Positions 24,531 through 32,000 are shown, counted from the first letter of the stretch. The stretch is DNA of 32,000 nucleotides from an uncultured Chloroflexia bacterium (GCA_963718915.1 CAVRAI010000015.1:750001-782000); one strand, 5' to 3'. Notes: generated by a model from the sequence alone, not told the origin. Numbers and translations are program-made.

Positions 24531-24553
24531 GCCATTACCTCAGAGGTAATTGC
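24531..24553. promoter_or_regulatory. Inverted repeat GCCATTACC-TCAGA-GGTAATTGC, candidate operator
   Basis: Perfect core ATTACC (24534-24539) / GGTAAT (24545-24550), extendable to 9 bp with one mismatch. It lies in the divergent regulator/MFS intergenic region. Short inverted repeats like this also arise by chance. Confidence 0.25.
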
Positions 24554-24670
24554 GCCGCCGCAGCGCCGCCGATACGATGACAGTCGTCAACCACTACCCT
24601 GGCAGGTGAAGACACCACAGACAAACAAGGTCAAAACAGGTCTACACTCAACGAATGGAGAGTATCATAC

Positions 24671-26125
24671 GTGACTACCACCTATCCAATGCCAGAAGCG
24701 CACACACAGAGCGACGTGAAGCCCCTGTGGGCGGGAGTCATCCACTGGGCGGCGCTGCTCGTCGTATTGTCTGGAACCTTCATGGTGACCCTTGATTTCT
24801 TCATCGTCAATGTCGCAATCCCATCGCTGCAACAGAGCCTGCACGCCAACTCGGGCGCAATTCAGCTTGTTGTCGCGGGCTATGGGTTGGCGTTGGCAGC
24901 GGGACTGATCACTGCGGGGCGGCTCGGCGACCTCTACGGGCGGCGCAGAATGTTCGCTCTGGGACTGGCGCTCTTTACGCTCACGTCGGCGGCCTGTGGG
25001 CTGGCGCCCAACCCCGGAGTGCTGGTGACGGCCAGAGTTTTGCAGGGGGCTGCGGCGGCGTTGCTCTCGCCGCAGGTGCTGGCGATTGTCGGCATCATCT
25101 ACACGGGTGAGGATCGCGCGCGCGCCTTCACGGTCTATGGGCTGGCGCTGGGTATCGCGGCGGTCAGTGGCCAGTTGATTGGTGGATTGCTCATTCAGGC
25201 CAACGTGGTGGGCCTTGGCTGGCGCTCATGCTTCCTGATCAACATCCCGGTGGGCGTCATCGCGCTGTCGCTTGTCCCACGCGTACTGCGGGAGTCTCGC
25301 TCAGACGGCGCGCGCCAACTTGACCTTGTCGGGGCGTTTATGGTCACGCTGGGGATGGTCGCCATCGTATTCCCGTTAATCGTTGGGCGCGAACTTGGCT
25401 GGCCTGCCTGGACCTGGCTATGCCTGGCGGCATCCGCGCCATTGCTTCTGGGCTTCATCGTCTACCAGCGGCGCCGCATCTTGCGCGGGCGATCTCCACT
25501 GCTCGATCTCTCGCTTTTTGGCGAGCAGGTCTTCACTGCGGGCTTGCTGACAACGCTGGTATTCTTTGCGGGGATGGCGTCGTTCTTCCTGGTACTCTCG
25601 CTCTACCTGCAAGAGGGCCATGGCCTGAGTCCGCTTGCCGCCGGGCTAACCTTCTCGGTGCTTGGCGTTGGCTACCTGGTCGCGTCGCTCTATGCCCAAC
25701 GGCTGACCCGCTGGCTTGGCCATCTGTCGCTCGCGATAGGCGTGCTAGGGATGGCCGCTGGGCTGGCGCTCATGCTTCTGATGGTTGCGGACATCGGCGG
25801 CGGTGGTTCCATTGCATGGCTCACCCCGGCGCTACTACTCGACGGCGCTGGTATGGGGTTGGTGCTTGCGCCGTTATCCTCGATCGTGCTTGCTGGGCTG
25901 CCCCCGCGCCATGCCGGAGCGGCGGCTGGTGTGCTGGCGACGATGCAGCAGGTTGCCAATGCGCTGGGAGTGGCCCTCATTGGCATCATCTTCTACGGCG
26001 CGCTTGGCGCAACCAACCCGGTAAGCGCCTACCCTCACGCGTTCGACGCCAGCCTGATATACCTGATAGCGCTCGAAGTAGGCGTTGCAGCGCTCATCCT
26101 GTTTCTGCCGCGCCAGCGGGCGTGA
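24671..26125 (+). CDS. MFS transporter, DHA2 (EmrB/QacA-like, 14-TMS) family
   Basis: A 484-aa ORF with about 14 hydrophobic segments, the MFS motif GRLGDLYGRRRMF and LQGAAAALLSP. GTG start with GGAGAG 8 nt upstream; an alternative start is ATG 24689. Confidence 0.9.
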   Translation: MTTTYPMPEAHTQSDVKPLWAGVIHWAALLVVLSGTFMVTLDFFIVNVAIPSLQQSLHANSGAIQLVVAGYGLALAAGLITAGRLGDLYGRRRMFALGLALFTLTSAACGLAPNPGVLVTARVLQGAAAALLSPQVLAIVGIIYTGEDRARAFTVYGLALGIAAVSGQLIGGLLIQANVVGLGWRSCFLINIPVGVIALSLVPRVLRESRSDGARQLDLVGAFMVTLGMVAIVFPLIVGRELGWPAWTWLCLAASAPLLLGFIVYQRRRILRGRSPLLDLSLFGEQVFTAGLLTTLVFFAGMASFFLVLSLYLQEGHGLSPLAAGLTFSVLGVGYLVASLYAQRLTRWLGHLSLAIGVLGMAAGLALMLLMVADIGGGGSIAWLTPALLLDGAGMGLVLAPLSSIVLAGLPPRHAGAAAGVLATMQQVANALGVALIGIIFYGALGATNPVSAYPHAFDASLIYLIALEVGVAALILFLPRQRA

Positions 26126-26258
26126 GCGGGGCGGAGGCGGCTCCAAACCATATCTGGGGGCTGCCTCTCCTGCGACGGCATGCGATGGTGGAATGCCTCT
26201 TCACGTGCGCGTCGAGCAGTGACATTGGGCAGGCCAATCGTGGATGCGCCGTGCGGCG

Positions 26259-26288
26259 AAAAACCCCTCCCTGATCTGGGGAGGGGTT
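26259..26288 (-). terminator. Rho-independent terminator for the minus-strand gene ending at 26318
   Basis: CCCCTCCC (26264-26271) pairs with GGGAGGGG (26279-26286) across a 7-nt loop. On the minus strand the hairpin is followed by TTTTT (complement of 26259-26263). Confidence 0.6.
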
Positions 26289-26317
26289 GGGTCGATTCAC
26301 TCCAGTCACTGCCAACG

Positions 26318-27181
26318 CTACATGTTCGGCAGGAAGGCATGGTAGCCGGTCTGCAGGGTGTAGTTGAAGTCGCCGCTGCAGCCAAAGTCGCTCAGCCAGT
26401 ATTGCCAGAGTTCCGCTTTCTGCCCGGCGAAAGTGGCCTGCGACACCGTTGATTGCCAGCTATGCACCACCGGCGGCAGCGTAAAGCCGACTGGATCGCA
26501 TGGCGCGGGCATTGTGCCAGAGAGTGGGCCACCGGCGACCCAGTAGACAAATGGCGCCTGCGAGACGTAGTCAGCCGGGAACCAGGTTGTCTTGTTATTG
26601 TTGTTGATATAGACGCCCGGTACAAATTGCGCCTCGGCAATGGTGGTGAGGAAGCCGTTGAGCAACTGGACATTCTGCTGCTGCTGCTCAGGGGTTGGCT
26701 GTTGTGCCCAGCCGCCGAATCCATACTCGACATCGGCAAAGATCGTGATTCCGGCGACCCCAGGTGTGTTGTGCCAGGCGTCCAGCGCGGCTTGGGCCTG
26801 TTGCTGCCCGTAGGTATAGGGATCCGTCGTCCCATTGGGGCCGCTCAGTCCCCAGTAGCCGTGCACGTAATCCTGGCCGACGTAGCCCATAACATCCTGC
26901 TGCACGCAATCCAGACTGTATGCGCCCGCGCCTAGTTCGGCCACGTAGAACTGTGTTGGCATCATCTCGGCGGTGGCCGCCGTCAATGTCGTACAGCTAT
27001 CAACACCAAACGAACCAGGAAAACCGCTTTCGCTTTTAGTCAATTGCGCCGCGTGCGCGGTCGCTATTGGCGTGAGCATCGCGACGGCTGCCAGCGTCAC
27101 TGCGGCAAACGCCAGACGGATGCCAACCCGTTGCCCTCGCGTACCACCCTGCATCCTCACGAATCGTTGCCACAATGCCAT
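26318..27181 (-). CDS. Secreted hypothetical protein, possibly glycoside-hydrolase-like (DUF1906/GH25-type barrel)
   Basis: ATG 27181 has an AGGAG SD 7 nt upstream. The signal peptide is ..RVGIRLAFAAVTLAAVAMLTPIATAHA/AQ. The patterns FGVDSCT.., ITIFADVEY and FVPGVYINN resemble my recollection of DUF1906, but the functional call is weak. Confidence 0.55.
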   Translation of the reverse strand: MALWQRFVRMQGGTRGQRVGIRLAFAAVTLAAVAMLTPIATAHAAQLTKSESGFPGSFGVDSCTTLTAATAEMMPTQFYVAELGAGAYSLDCVQQDVMGYVGQDYVHGYWGLSGPNGTTDPYTYGQQQAQAALDAWHNTPGVAGITIFADVEYGFGGWAQQPTPEQQQQNVQLLNGFLTTIAEAQFVPGVYINNNNKTTWFPADYVSQAPFVYWVAGGPLSGTMPAPCDPVGFTLPPVVHSWQSTVSQATFAGQKAELWQYWLSDFGCSGDFNYTLQTGYHAFLPNM

Positions 27182-27510
27182 TTGCCTGCTCCTGCTATCT
27201 ACTGGCGACATGGGAAGTGGTTTTGCCGCCAGCATAATATACGCACTCCACCCGCACCCTTGTCATTCCCCCATGACCAACTCGTATGTAGCTCTTAATG
27301 TGACCTCATCAGGCTTTCATCCGCATGACGCCGATGCTAAACACTCTGCCTGGTATACGAAGGAAGCTCTCAGTTGTTGCGAATCCAGGTCGGCAAGGCG
27401 GGTTTCCGCGTCTGTATATGTCAGTCTGTCTCCGTAGTATGCGCTCTCTGGGGACTCGCCGTTAGCTTAGCATAATACGTGCCTGACTCAATATGAGGCG
27501 CCTCACAGCT

Positions 27511-27534
27511 CTCATCCCACCTCTCATCCCACCT
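27511..27534 (+). repeat. 12-nt tandem duplication CTCATCCCACCT x2
   Basis: 27511-27522 is identical to 27523-27534. It lies within the 495-nt divergent intergenic region. Confidence 0.9.
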
Positions 27535-27590
27535 CGTGTGCCCTTTGCCGCGATTTCTGGGCAGTGTGGGTTCTTCCGGCGTATCGGGAG

Positions 27591-27599
27591 TGTTATAAT
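27591..27599 (+). promoter_or_regulatory. Candidate extended -10 promoter TGTTATAAT
   Basis: A consensus TATAAT (27594-27599) is preceded by TGn (27591-27593). The predicted start site, around 27606-27608, coincides with the ATG at 27608. Confidence 0.4.
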
Positions 27600-27676
27600 C
27601 GTGCGAGATGCCAGCGAGTGCCATCAATCAGGCGAAGTCTGCGCCTGCGTTCGCGATTCCGCAAGGTCAAGCTACA

Positions 27677-29707
27677 ATGGGTGAATTGGTTATTGAACGG
27701 CTCCGACAGGGGCCATTGCTCTGCGATGGCGCAATGGGTACGATGCTCTACGCGCGGGCAAGCGAAAGCCAGATGCATGGCCGCTGCTTTGATGAGCTGG
27801 TGCTGACCAGCCCGGATCTGGTACAGCGGATTCATCGCGAGTACATCCTGGCGGGCGCGCAGGTTATCGAGACCAATACGTTCGGCGCGAATGCCATCAA
27901 GCTGGCGACGTATGGCCTTGGCGATGAGGTGAAACGCATCAATCGCCGGGCGGCCCAGCTTGCGCGCGAGGCACGTGAAGTCTCAGGGCAGGCGGTCTTC
28001 GTCGCTGGTGCGGTCGGCCCGTCCGGGCAGATGCAGATACCCGATCTTGCCGATAGCGAACCACGGCTGGCCATCCTGCGCGCTACCTTCCGCGAGCAGA
28101 TAGAGGCGTTGATGGAAGGTGGCGTCGAGCTGCTGATCCTGGAAACCTTCGGCAGCCTCGTCGAACTGCGCCAGGCGGTGCTGGCTGCGCGTGAAGCGGG
28201 CGATCTGCCGATTGTCGCTCAGTTGACCTTTAGCGAAGAAGGGCTAACGCTGACAGGTGATAGCCCTGAAGCAGCGGCACGCACACTGGCAGGCCTCGGC
28301 GTTGCGGTGATTGGCAGCAACTGTAGCCAGGGTCCGGCTGGCATCGAGGATGTGGTGCAGCGGATGTCGACGACATTGCGGCAGGTCGCGCCCGATGCGG
28401 AGGATGACCTGCTGCTCTCGGCCCAGCCGAACGCTGGCTTGCCGCAGCGGGTGGAAAACCGCTTCTTCTATGGCGCGACGCCCGCCTATTTTGCCGACTA
28501 TGCCCGTCGCTTCGCCGAGAGCGGCGTCCGGCTGATTGGCGGTTGTTGTGGCACGACGCCCGCGCATATTGCCGCCATGCGCGATGCGCTCGCGGGCTAT
28601 CAGCCGCAGGGCGCCACGCGCGTCTGGTCGATCACGACGCCGCTGGCTGAAAACGAGCTTTCTGGCGCAAGCGCGCAGGTCGCGGAAGGCGCCGATGAAG
28701 GGACGCGTTTCCAGCAAGCGTTGCGCGCTGGGCGGTTCGTCGTCAGCATCGAACTCGATCCACCCAAAGGGCTGAATCCGTCGAAGATTCTCGATGGCGC
28801 CGCCTATCTCAAGGCACGCGGCCTGGAGTTCATCAACATCGCCGATAGTCCAATGGCGCGCGTGCGCATGAGCTGCATCGCGCTGGCCCGCCTGCTGCGC
28901 GACACGCTCGACCTCGAAACGATCCTGCACATGACCACACGCGACCGCAATCTGATGGCGCTTCAGTCAGATTTGCTCGGCGCGCATGCCCTTGGCCTCC
29001 ATAACGTCCTGGCGCTGACCGGCGACCCCGTGCATGCGGGCAACTATCCGAACCTGACGGGCGTCTGGGATGTTGACTCGGTTGGACTGATTGGCATGCT
29101 GCGCGGGATGAACGAGGGGTTTGATGCAGGCGGCGCAGCGCTTGGGATGCCCGCGCGCTTCCATTACGGCGCGGCCTTCAATCCGAATATGCGCGATGAA
29201 CTGATCGATGTGGAGCAGGAGCGCACCCGGCGCAAGCTCTCTGACGACACCTTAGAGCGTGATGATCCTTCAACTGAGAGCGAATGGATCACCGAGACGG
29301 AGCTGGAAATGCGCCGTCTGCGCCATAAGCTGGATGCGGGCGCGCAGTTCATCATGACGCAGCCGATCTACTCGCTGGAGCCGTTGGAGCGTTTCTTCAC
29401 CGCCTTTGGGCCGGTGCCGGTACCCATCGTGCTGGGGATGATCCCGCTGCATAGCTCGAAACAGGCCGAATACCTACATAATGAAGTGCCTGGCTTCGAT
29501 ATTCCCGAAGAGGTGCGCGCCCGGCTGCGCGCGGCGGGAGATCGCGCGCGTGAGGTGGGCATCGAACTGGCGTATGAAGTGATCTCAACGGCGCGCGCGC
29601 GCGGATTAATCCAGGGCTGCTATCTCATGCCATCGTTTGGCCGCTACGACCTGGTCGGCGAACTGGCGCAGGAGCTTCTACGCCCCGAGTCGGCGGTCTC
29701 TGACTGA
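27677..29707 (+). CDS. Bifunctional homocysteine S-methyltransferase / 5,10-methylenetetrahydrofolate reductase (YitJ-like)
   Basis: The N-terminal Hcy-binding domain has LLCDGAMGTMLY, IETNTFGAN, GSNCSQGP and IGGCCGTTPAHI (Zn-binding Cys residues). The C-terminal MetF domain has VSIELDPPKG, HMTTRDRN, LALTGDP and GAQFIMTQP. I chose ATG 27677 by homology to the MG..L....vL.DGAMGT N-termini. The in-frame ATG 27608 is an alternative and would be leaderless. Confidence 0.9.
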   Translation: MGELVIERLRQGPLLCDGAMGTMLYARASESQMHGRCFDELVLTSPDLVQRIHREYILAGAQVIETNTFGANAIKLATYGLGDEVKRINRRAAQLAREAREVSGQAVFVAGAVGPSGQMQIPDLADSEPRLAILRATFREQIEALMEGGVELLILETFGSLVELRQAVLAAREAGDLPIVAQLTFSEEGLTLTGDSPEAAARTLAGLGVAVIGSNCSQGPAGIEDVVQRMSTTLRQVAPDAEDDLLLSAQPNAGLPQRVENRFFYGATPAYFADYARRFAESGVRLIGGCCGTTPAHIAAMRDALAGYQPQGATRVWSITTPLAENELSGASAQVAEGADEGTRFQQALRAGRFVVSIELDPPKGLNPSKILDGAAYLKARGLEFINIADSPMARVRMSCIALARLLRDTLDLETILHMTTRDRNLMALQSDLLGAHALGLHNVLALTGDPVHAGNYPNLTGVWDVDSVGLIGMLRGMNEGFDAGGAALGMPARFHYGAAFNPNMRDELIDVEQERTRRKLSDDTLERDDPSTESEWITETELEMRRLRHKLDAGAQFIMTQPIYSLEPLERFFTAFGPVPVPIVLGMIPLHSSKQAEYLHNEVPGFDIPEEVRARLRAAGDRAREVGIELAYEVISTARARGLIQGCYLMPSFGRYDLVGELAQELLRPESAVSD

Positions 29708-29718
29708 GGAAGGCTGAC

Positions 29719-30216
29719 ATGGAACCGTGGCAACCGTTCTTTGTCGCCCAGGCGGGCGCATCGGCTGCCTTGACGGGGCTGCTCTTCGTCGCGGTCTCCA
29801 TCAACCTGACACGCATTCTCAAGCTTGACCAGGAGTCAAATAGCGGGCTTGCCGACCGGGCGTTCGGCGCGCTGGTCACGCTGATCGGTATTCTTCTCGC
29901 ATCCTCTTTGCTGCTTGTGCCAACTTCCTCGACGGCGATTCCAGGAGTAGGACTGCTCGTCATTGGGGCAGTCGCCGTGAGCTACCAGCTTCTTAACCAG
30001 GCGCGACGCTGGCGTTCCATCGAGAAGCAGTACCGCGTGCGCGGCGCGATAGTTGGCAGCGTCGGGGCGCTGGCCGCGGCGTTCATTGCGGTTGCCGGGA
30101 TAGCGGTTCTGTTCTTCGGCTTCGGTGGCATCGCCTGGCTGGTCGTGAGTGTCGCACTCTCGTATGTATTTGCCATTGAGGAGGCGTGGGTGCTGCTCGT
30201 GGAGATAAATCGCTAG
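29719..30216 (+). CDS. Hypothetical membrane protein (4 TM)
   Basis: A GAGGAAGG SD lies 5 nt upstream of the ATG, 12 nt after the MTHFR stop. There are four hydrophobic helices. I recognise no family. Confidence 0.65.
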   Translation: MEPWQPFFVAQAGASAALTGLLFVAVSINLTRILKLDQESNSGLADRAFGALVTLIGILLASSLLLVPTSSTAIPGVGLLVIGAVAVSYQLLNQARRWRSIEKQYRVRGAIVGSVGALAAAFIAVAGIAVLFFGFGGIAWLVVSVALSYVFAIEEAWVLLVEINR

Positions 30217-30313
30217 CCAGCCTTCCAATCGGGGCAGCCTGGCGGAGAATTAGCAGGTGAGTCACATATCTCATTCTCATTGATTGATCCTCCACACAAA
30301 CGAGGTAGATTCT

Positions 30314-31054
30314 ATGAAACGCGCATCTGGCAGGCATCTCACCACACAGGGCGCTGACCTGATTGATCTGGTAATCGCTCGTGTCCGCGAAGACCCACAC
30401 TGCATCTCAGGGTTCTGCGGCGACCATCCCCTGCCGCATCCACAGCCGCTCGCGCCTGAAGTCATCGCCCAACTGGCTTTTCCGAGTGGCAAGCCGCTGC
30501 CGCCAAGTTTGAAACGATGGCTTGCCTTCGATGCGGGCTGGCTCGAACGCTTCGGCTGGTTCTCGTCGCTGGAGCCGCCGACCTTCTCCCCGCGCAGCAT
30601 TGGCCAGATTGCCGACGATGAATTTGGCCGCGACTACGAATTGATCAAACAAATTACAGGGACAGAAGGCGACCTCAACTTCTACGCCGGGCTGGATGAG
30701 CGGCTGGCGGAATGTTTCCTGCTGCCCGAAGGCTCCGACTCGCGCCGCATCTTCGCCGTGACCGAGCCGGACGAACTGGGGGAATATCCGGTGATGGTGA
30801 TAGATGAGGATGATGTCCCCTATGCCGCGATCATGTATCCCGGCTTCGATGTCTATATGGCCGATCTGGCGGGCCTGCTCGACCTCGACTTCGATACGTA
30901 TGAGTCCCTGCACGACGACAAACGCTATCAGTCGCGCCTGCGCCAGCATGCCGCGCTCATTTTTTACGGCAAGCCCAGCGCCGAGATGCAGGATCCGGAA
31001 TGGTACGGCGAGGAGGGCTGGCCTGACGGCGAGAATGAAGAGGTCAATAGCTAG
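30314..31054 (+). CDS. Hypothetical protein, SMI1/KNR4 (SUKH-1)-like
   Basis: ATG 30314 has a GAGGT SD 7 nt upstream. The pattern SGKPLPPSLKRWLAFDAGW ... CFLLPEGSDSRRIFAVTEPDELGEYPVMVIDEDD..AAIMYPGFDVYMADLAGLL fits the SUKH layout (LPxxhxxaL...NG; later h.hG.dG.G..h.hD; sF..aL), and the tail is acidic. The family call is from pattern memory only. Confidence 0.55.
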   Translation: MKRASGRHLTTQGADLIDLVIARVREDPHCISGFCGDHPLPHPQPLAPEVIAQLAFPSGKPLPPSLKRWLAFDAGWLERFGWFSSLEPPTFSPRSIGQIADDEFGRDYELIKQITGTEGDLNFYAGLDERLAECFLLPEGSDSRRIFAVTEPDELGEYPVMVIDEDDVPYAAIMYPGFDVYMADLAGLLDLDFDTYESLHDDKRYQSRLRQHAALIFYGKPSAEMQDPEWYGEEGWPDGENEEVNS

Positions 31055-31229
31055 CGCGCATGGGCTTCGCGAAAGAACGACGCCCGTCCAGTGGGCTACC
31101 CTCCCAGCCACTGACGGCGAAGGAAGTGGACTTCCTGAAATCGCGGCAAATGGCTCTGGCGAGTGTCCCGGCAAGTGGATACATTCTAGCGGGGGATATG
31201 TCCGGAGCGCGAAATGGGAGGGGAAGAGC

Positions 31230-31799
31230 ATGCTGGACGAGGCATTCTATGAGTTGTTGCAGGAAACAGGTGGCGCGATCTTCCAGGCAGTGGCCGATAT
31301 GCGTGCGCGTTTAGGGGTGGAGGATGAGCCACCGCCACCTCTGCTCCAACTGCGCGGCGGGCTGGCGGAAAGCCCAGGCTGGTATCTCGTGCAGGCGGTC
31401 GAATTCGCGCCAGAACCATTGACCGTCGAACGGCTGCGCGTGCGTGATATCTACGCCTCCGAGCGGATCGCGCAGGCGCTGCTGGAGATGATGGCGAGCG
31501 AGCGCTGGCTTGAGCGTATCGGCGATACGTATACGCTGACCGAGATGGGATGGGCGATGTCCAGACGTTCGCGCGAGCGGACGCGGAGCCTGCTGGCGGG
31601 CCTGGAACCGCTCCCTCCCGCTGACCTGGACATACCTGCTGACGCGGATCGAGCAGATTATCACCGCAAGCCTCGCGAGTCCCACGCCGCCGGGAAGCTG
31701 GTGTCTTGCCCACTCGCGCAACCGCGCGCCGGATGCCAGCGCGCCTCCACTCGCCCATCTGAGTCAGTACGTCAGCGACTTCAACGCCTTCCGCGATGA
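31230..31799 (+). CDS. Hypothetical protein with a winged-helix-like N-terminal module; as-read ORF, probably frameshifted at about 31632-31636
   Basis: ATG 31230 has a GGGAGGGG SD 6 nt upstream. The first ~134 codons look protein-like (..ERIAQALLEMMASERWLERIGDTYTLTEMGW..). After ~31636 the frame gives an Arg/Pro-rich tail with low third-position GC, while frame 1 becomes GC3-rich and protein-like. Confidence 0.6.
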   Translation: MLDEAFYELLQETGGAIFQAVADMRARLGVEDEPPPPLLQLRGGLAESPGWYLVQAVEFAPEPLTVERLRVRDIYASERIAQALLEMMASERWLERIGDTYTLTEMGWAMSRRSRERTRSLLAGLEPLPPADLDIPADADRADYHRKPRESHAAGKLVSCPLAQPRAGCQRASTRPSESVRQRLQRLPR

Positions 31800-32000
31800 C
31801 GCGCATATGGCGGCGTGGCGGCCATACGAACAGAGTGGCGCTGCCTGGGAGGCGTTTTCCCTCGTCTGTGGCAGTGAGGTGACCTCGGTTGCGGCGATTG
31901 CGTCACAGCTTGCGCACCGTGGCTACTCGCCGAGCGAGTATGGCGCGTCGCTGGCGTCGCTGGCGCGGCGGGGCTGGCTGGAGTCAGCATCCGCCGATGG
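31636..32000 (+). CDS. Continuation of the preceding gene in the +1 frame (runs off the window end)
   Basis: Frame 1 is open from 31540 to the window end. It encodes LLTRIEQIITASL..LAHLSQYVSDFNAFRDDAHMAAWRPYEQSGAAWEAFSLVCG..IASQLAHRGYSPSEYGASLASLARRGWLE with strong third-position G/C bias. The first ATG in this frame is only at 31807. Confidence 0.55.
   Translation, partial: MLTRIEQIITASLASPTPPGSWCLAHSRNRAPDASAPPLAHLSQYVSDFNAFRDDAHMAAWRPYEQSGAAWEAFSLVCGSEVTSVAAIASQLAHRGYSPSEYGASLASLARRGWLESASAD

Noticed and set aside
27182-27676. SAM-I (S-box) riboswitch expected upstream of a YitJ-like gene.
   Set aside because: I could not find the conserved core elements on the plus strand by eye. I therefore report it only as an absence to be tested with covariance models, not as a feature.
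31122-31135. Perfect palindrome GGAAGT-GG-ACTTCC about 95 nt upstream of the winged-helix gene, considered as an autoregulatory operator.
   Set aside because: Perfect 6+6 inverted repeats at a given spacing are expected several times by chance in 32 kb, and there is no supporting promoter context. It is noted only in case it recurs elsewhere in the genome.
30804-31229. N-terminal 142 codons of the 331-aa ORF 30804-31799.
   Set aside because: This part overlaps the better-supported SUKH-like gene (30314-31054) in another frame and encodes Arg/Cys/Ser-rich sequence. A strong SD precedes the internal ATG at 31230, which I take as the real start.

Overview
This is a 32-kb high-GC bacterial chromosomal segment, densely coding on both strands. 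A hand count gives 37/60 G+C in a sample of the aldehyde dehydrogenase gene. I support about 31 protein-coding calls plus two or three disrupted genes. I found no rRNA, tRNA, CRISPR array, or defensible transposase/integrase. The taxon cannot be fixed from the sequence; it looks like a high-GC soil-type bacterium. Recognisable content: rhomboid protease; aldehyde dehydrogenase; an MhqE/MhqD-like ring-cleaving dioxygenase plus carboxylesterase pair; a UDG-superfamily glycosylase; a flavin reductase; an AadA-like nucleotidyltransferase; a streptothricin-acetyltransferase-like GNAT; a histidine phosphatase; a SAM methyltransferase; an RNase D-like exonuclease fused to HEAT repeats; a Maa-like O-acetyltransferase; a benzoate-CoA-ligase-family enzyme; a KGG stress protein; a NYN/LabA-like protein followed by an ASKHA (DUF1786-like) protein; an MmyB-like regulator with a hydrolase and a divergent DHA2 MFS pump; and a YitJ-like homocysteine-methyltransferase/MTHFR fusion. 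There are also several orphan membrane proteins and lipoproteins. I cannot demonstrate a complete new multi-gene system from sequence alone. The observations most worth follow-up are these. (1) Four perfect 11-nt units form a staircase of SD-ATG modules and three ATGA-coupled MRTA mini-ORFs feeding the AadA-like gene. (2) The NYN domain is split by a roughly 160-aa acidic, NG/Q-rich low-complexity insert and sits 2 nt upstream of an ASKHA gene. (3) A structured ~60-nt dispersed repeat occurs three times, twice as a 179-nt palindrome between convergent genes. (4) A lower-GC three-gene membrane/lipoprotein cluster lies at 18059-19871. (5) Three single-nucleotide frame disruptions affect two genes at the two window edges. 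Start codons were chosen from SD spacing, homology and third-position GC, and several remain uncertain.
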